Shown: in pieces, positions 20,768 through 21,075 of the stretch
Layout of the letters: each line of letters opens with the position of its first letter
Numbering within the stretch: the stretch's first letter is position 1
Position numbers and translations under genes: made by a program
Notes under the pieces: model-generated
Told to the model about the DNA's origin: nothing
Seen by the model: the letters and a program-made list of their open reading frames with translations, nothing else
Databases searched by the model: none
Assembly: GCA_013265495.1 (NCBI GenBank)
Contig: MU058017.1
Span: forward strand, 567,919-588,993
DNA from: Vicugna vicugna
Lineage: Eukaryota
Length of the DNA: 21,075 bases
Direction: 5' to 3'

Positions 20768-21024
20768 AACACTCATGTATGGTTGGTAAGAATGTAAAAA
20801 TGCAGCCACTGTGGAAAAATGTATGGAGATTCTCCAAAAAATTAAAAATAGAACTACCATACATTCTAGCAATTCCCCTCCTGGTTACTTATCTGGGAAA
20901 AAAAATTAATTCAAAAAGATATATGCACCCATATGTGTTCATTGTAGCATTATTTACAATAGCCAAGATATGGAAGCAACCTAAGTGCTCATCAATAGAT
21001 GAATGGATAAAGAAGATGTGGTGA
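20768..21024 (+). mobile_element. L1 ORF2 C-terminal fragment (non-functional)
   Basis: Translation QPLWKNVWRFSKKLKIELPYILAIPLL...FIVALFTIAKIWKQPKCSSIDEWIKKMW is the L1 ORF2p C-terminus; it ends at a premature TGA and probably continues past the window edge. Confidence 0.95.
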
Positions 21025-21075
21025 TACACACACACACATACATATATACACGTGTGTGTGTGTGTGTGTGTGTGT
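21024..21075. repeat. Compound (CA)/(TA)/(TG) microsatellite, cut by the window end
   Basis: Read directly; uninterrupted purine-pyrimidine alternation. Confidence 0.95.

Noticed and set aside
20749..21024. 91-aa ORF as a cellular gene
   Set aside because: It is an L1 ORF2p C-terminal remnant ending at a premature stop.
1..21075. tRNA, rRNA, snoRNA, CRISPR, CpG-island promoter or processed pseudogene
   Set aside because: I found no cloverleaf, no correctly spaced C/D box pair with a terminal stem, no repeat-spacer array, no CpG island and no intronless protein homology by eye; covariance-model searches were not run.

Overview
AT-rich, CpG-depleted eutherian (placental mammal) genomic DNA that looks intronic or intergenic. 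No listed ORF is a credible cellular gene: they are chance ORFs, microsatellite translations or decayed LINE-1 sequence. A large part of the window is ancient interspersed repeat: MIR/MIR3 SINEs, L2 and CR1/L3 LINE fragments, a ~2.4 kb antisense old L1 carrying ORF1 and endonuclease remnants, MER58B and MER5A hAT elements, and an L1 ORF2 3' fragment at the right edge. There are also several microsatellites and one younger ~90 bp L1 3'-end insertion with a 16-bp target-site duplication. That insert resembles camelid L1 tails as I recall them, and no Alu, B1, Bov or Can SINE is visible. Repeat family calls come from recalled consensus sequences, not a search, so boundaries are approximate. I see no prokaryotic-type system (CRISPR, operon, rRNA, tRNA) and nothing that supports a new biological system. 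The most notable signals are (1) an exact 23-bp non-tandem duplication that looks like a locally templated DNA-repair insertion into an L2 element, (2) a repeat-poor block with two near-consensus RFX X-boxes, and (3) several + strand exon-like or recursive-splice-like signals of an unidentified host transcript.
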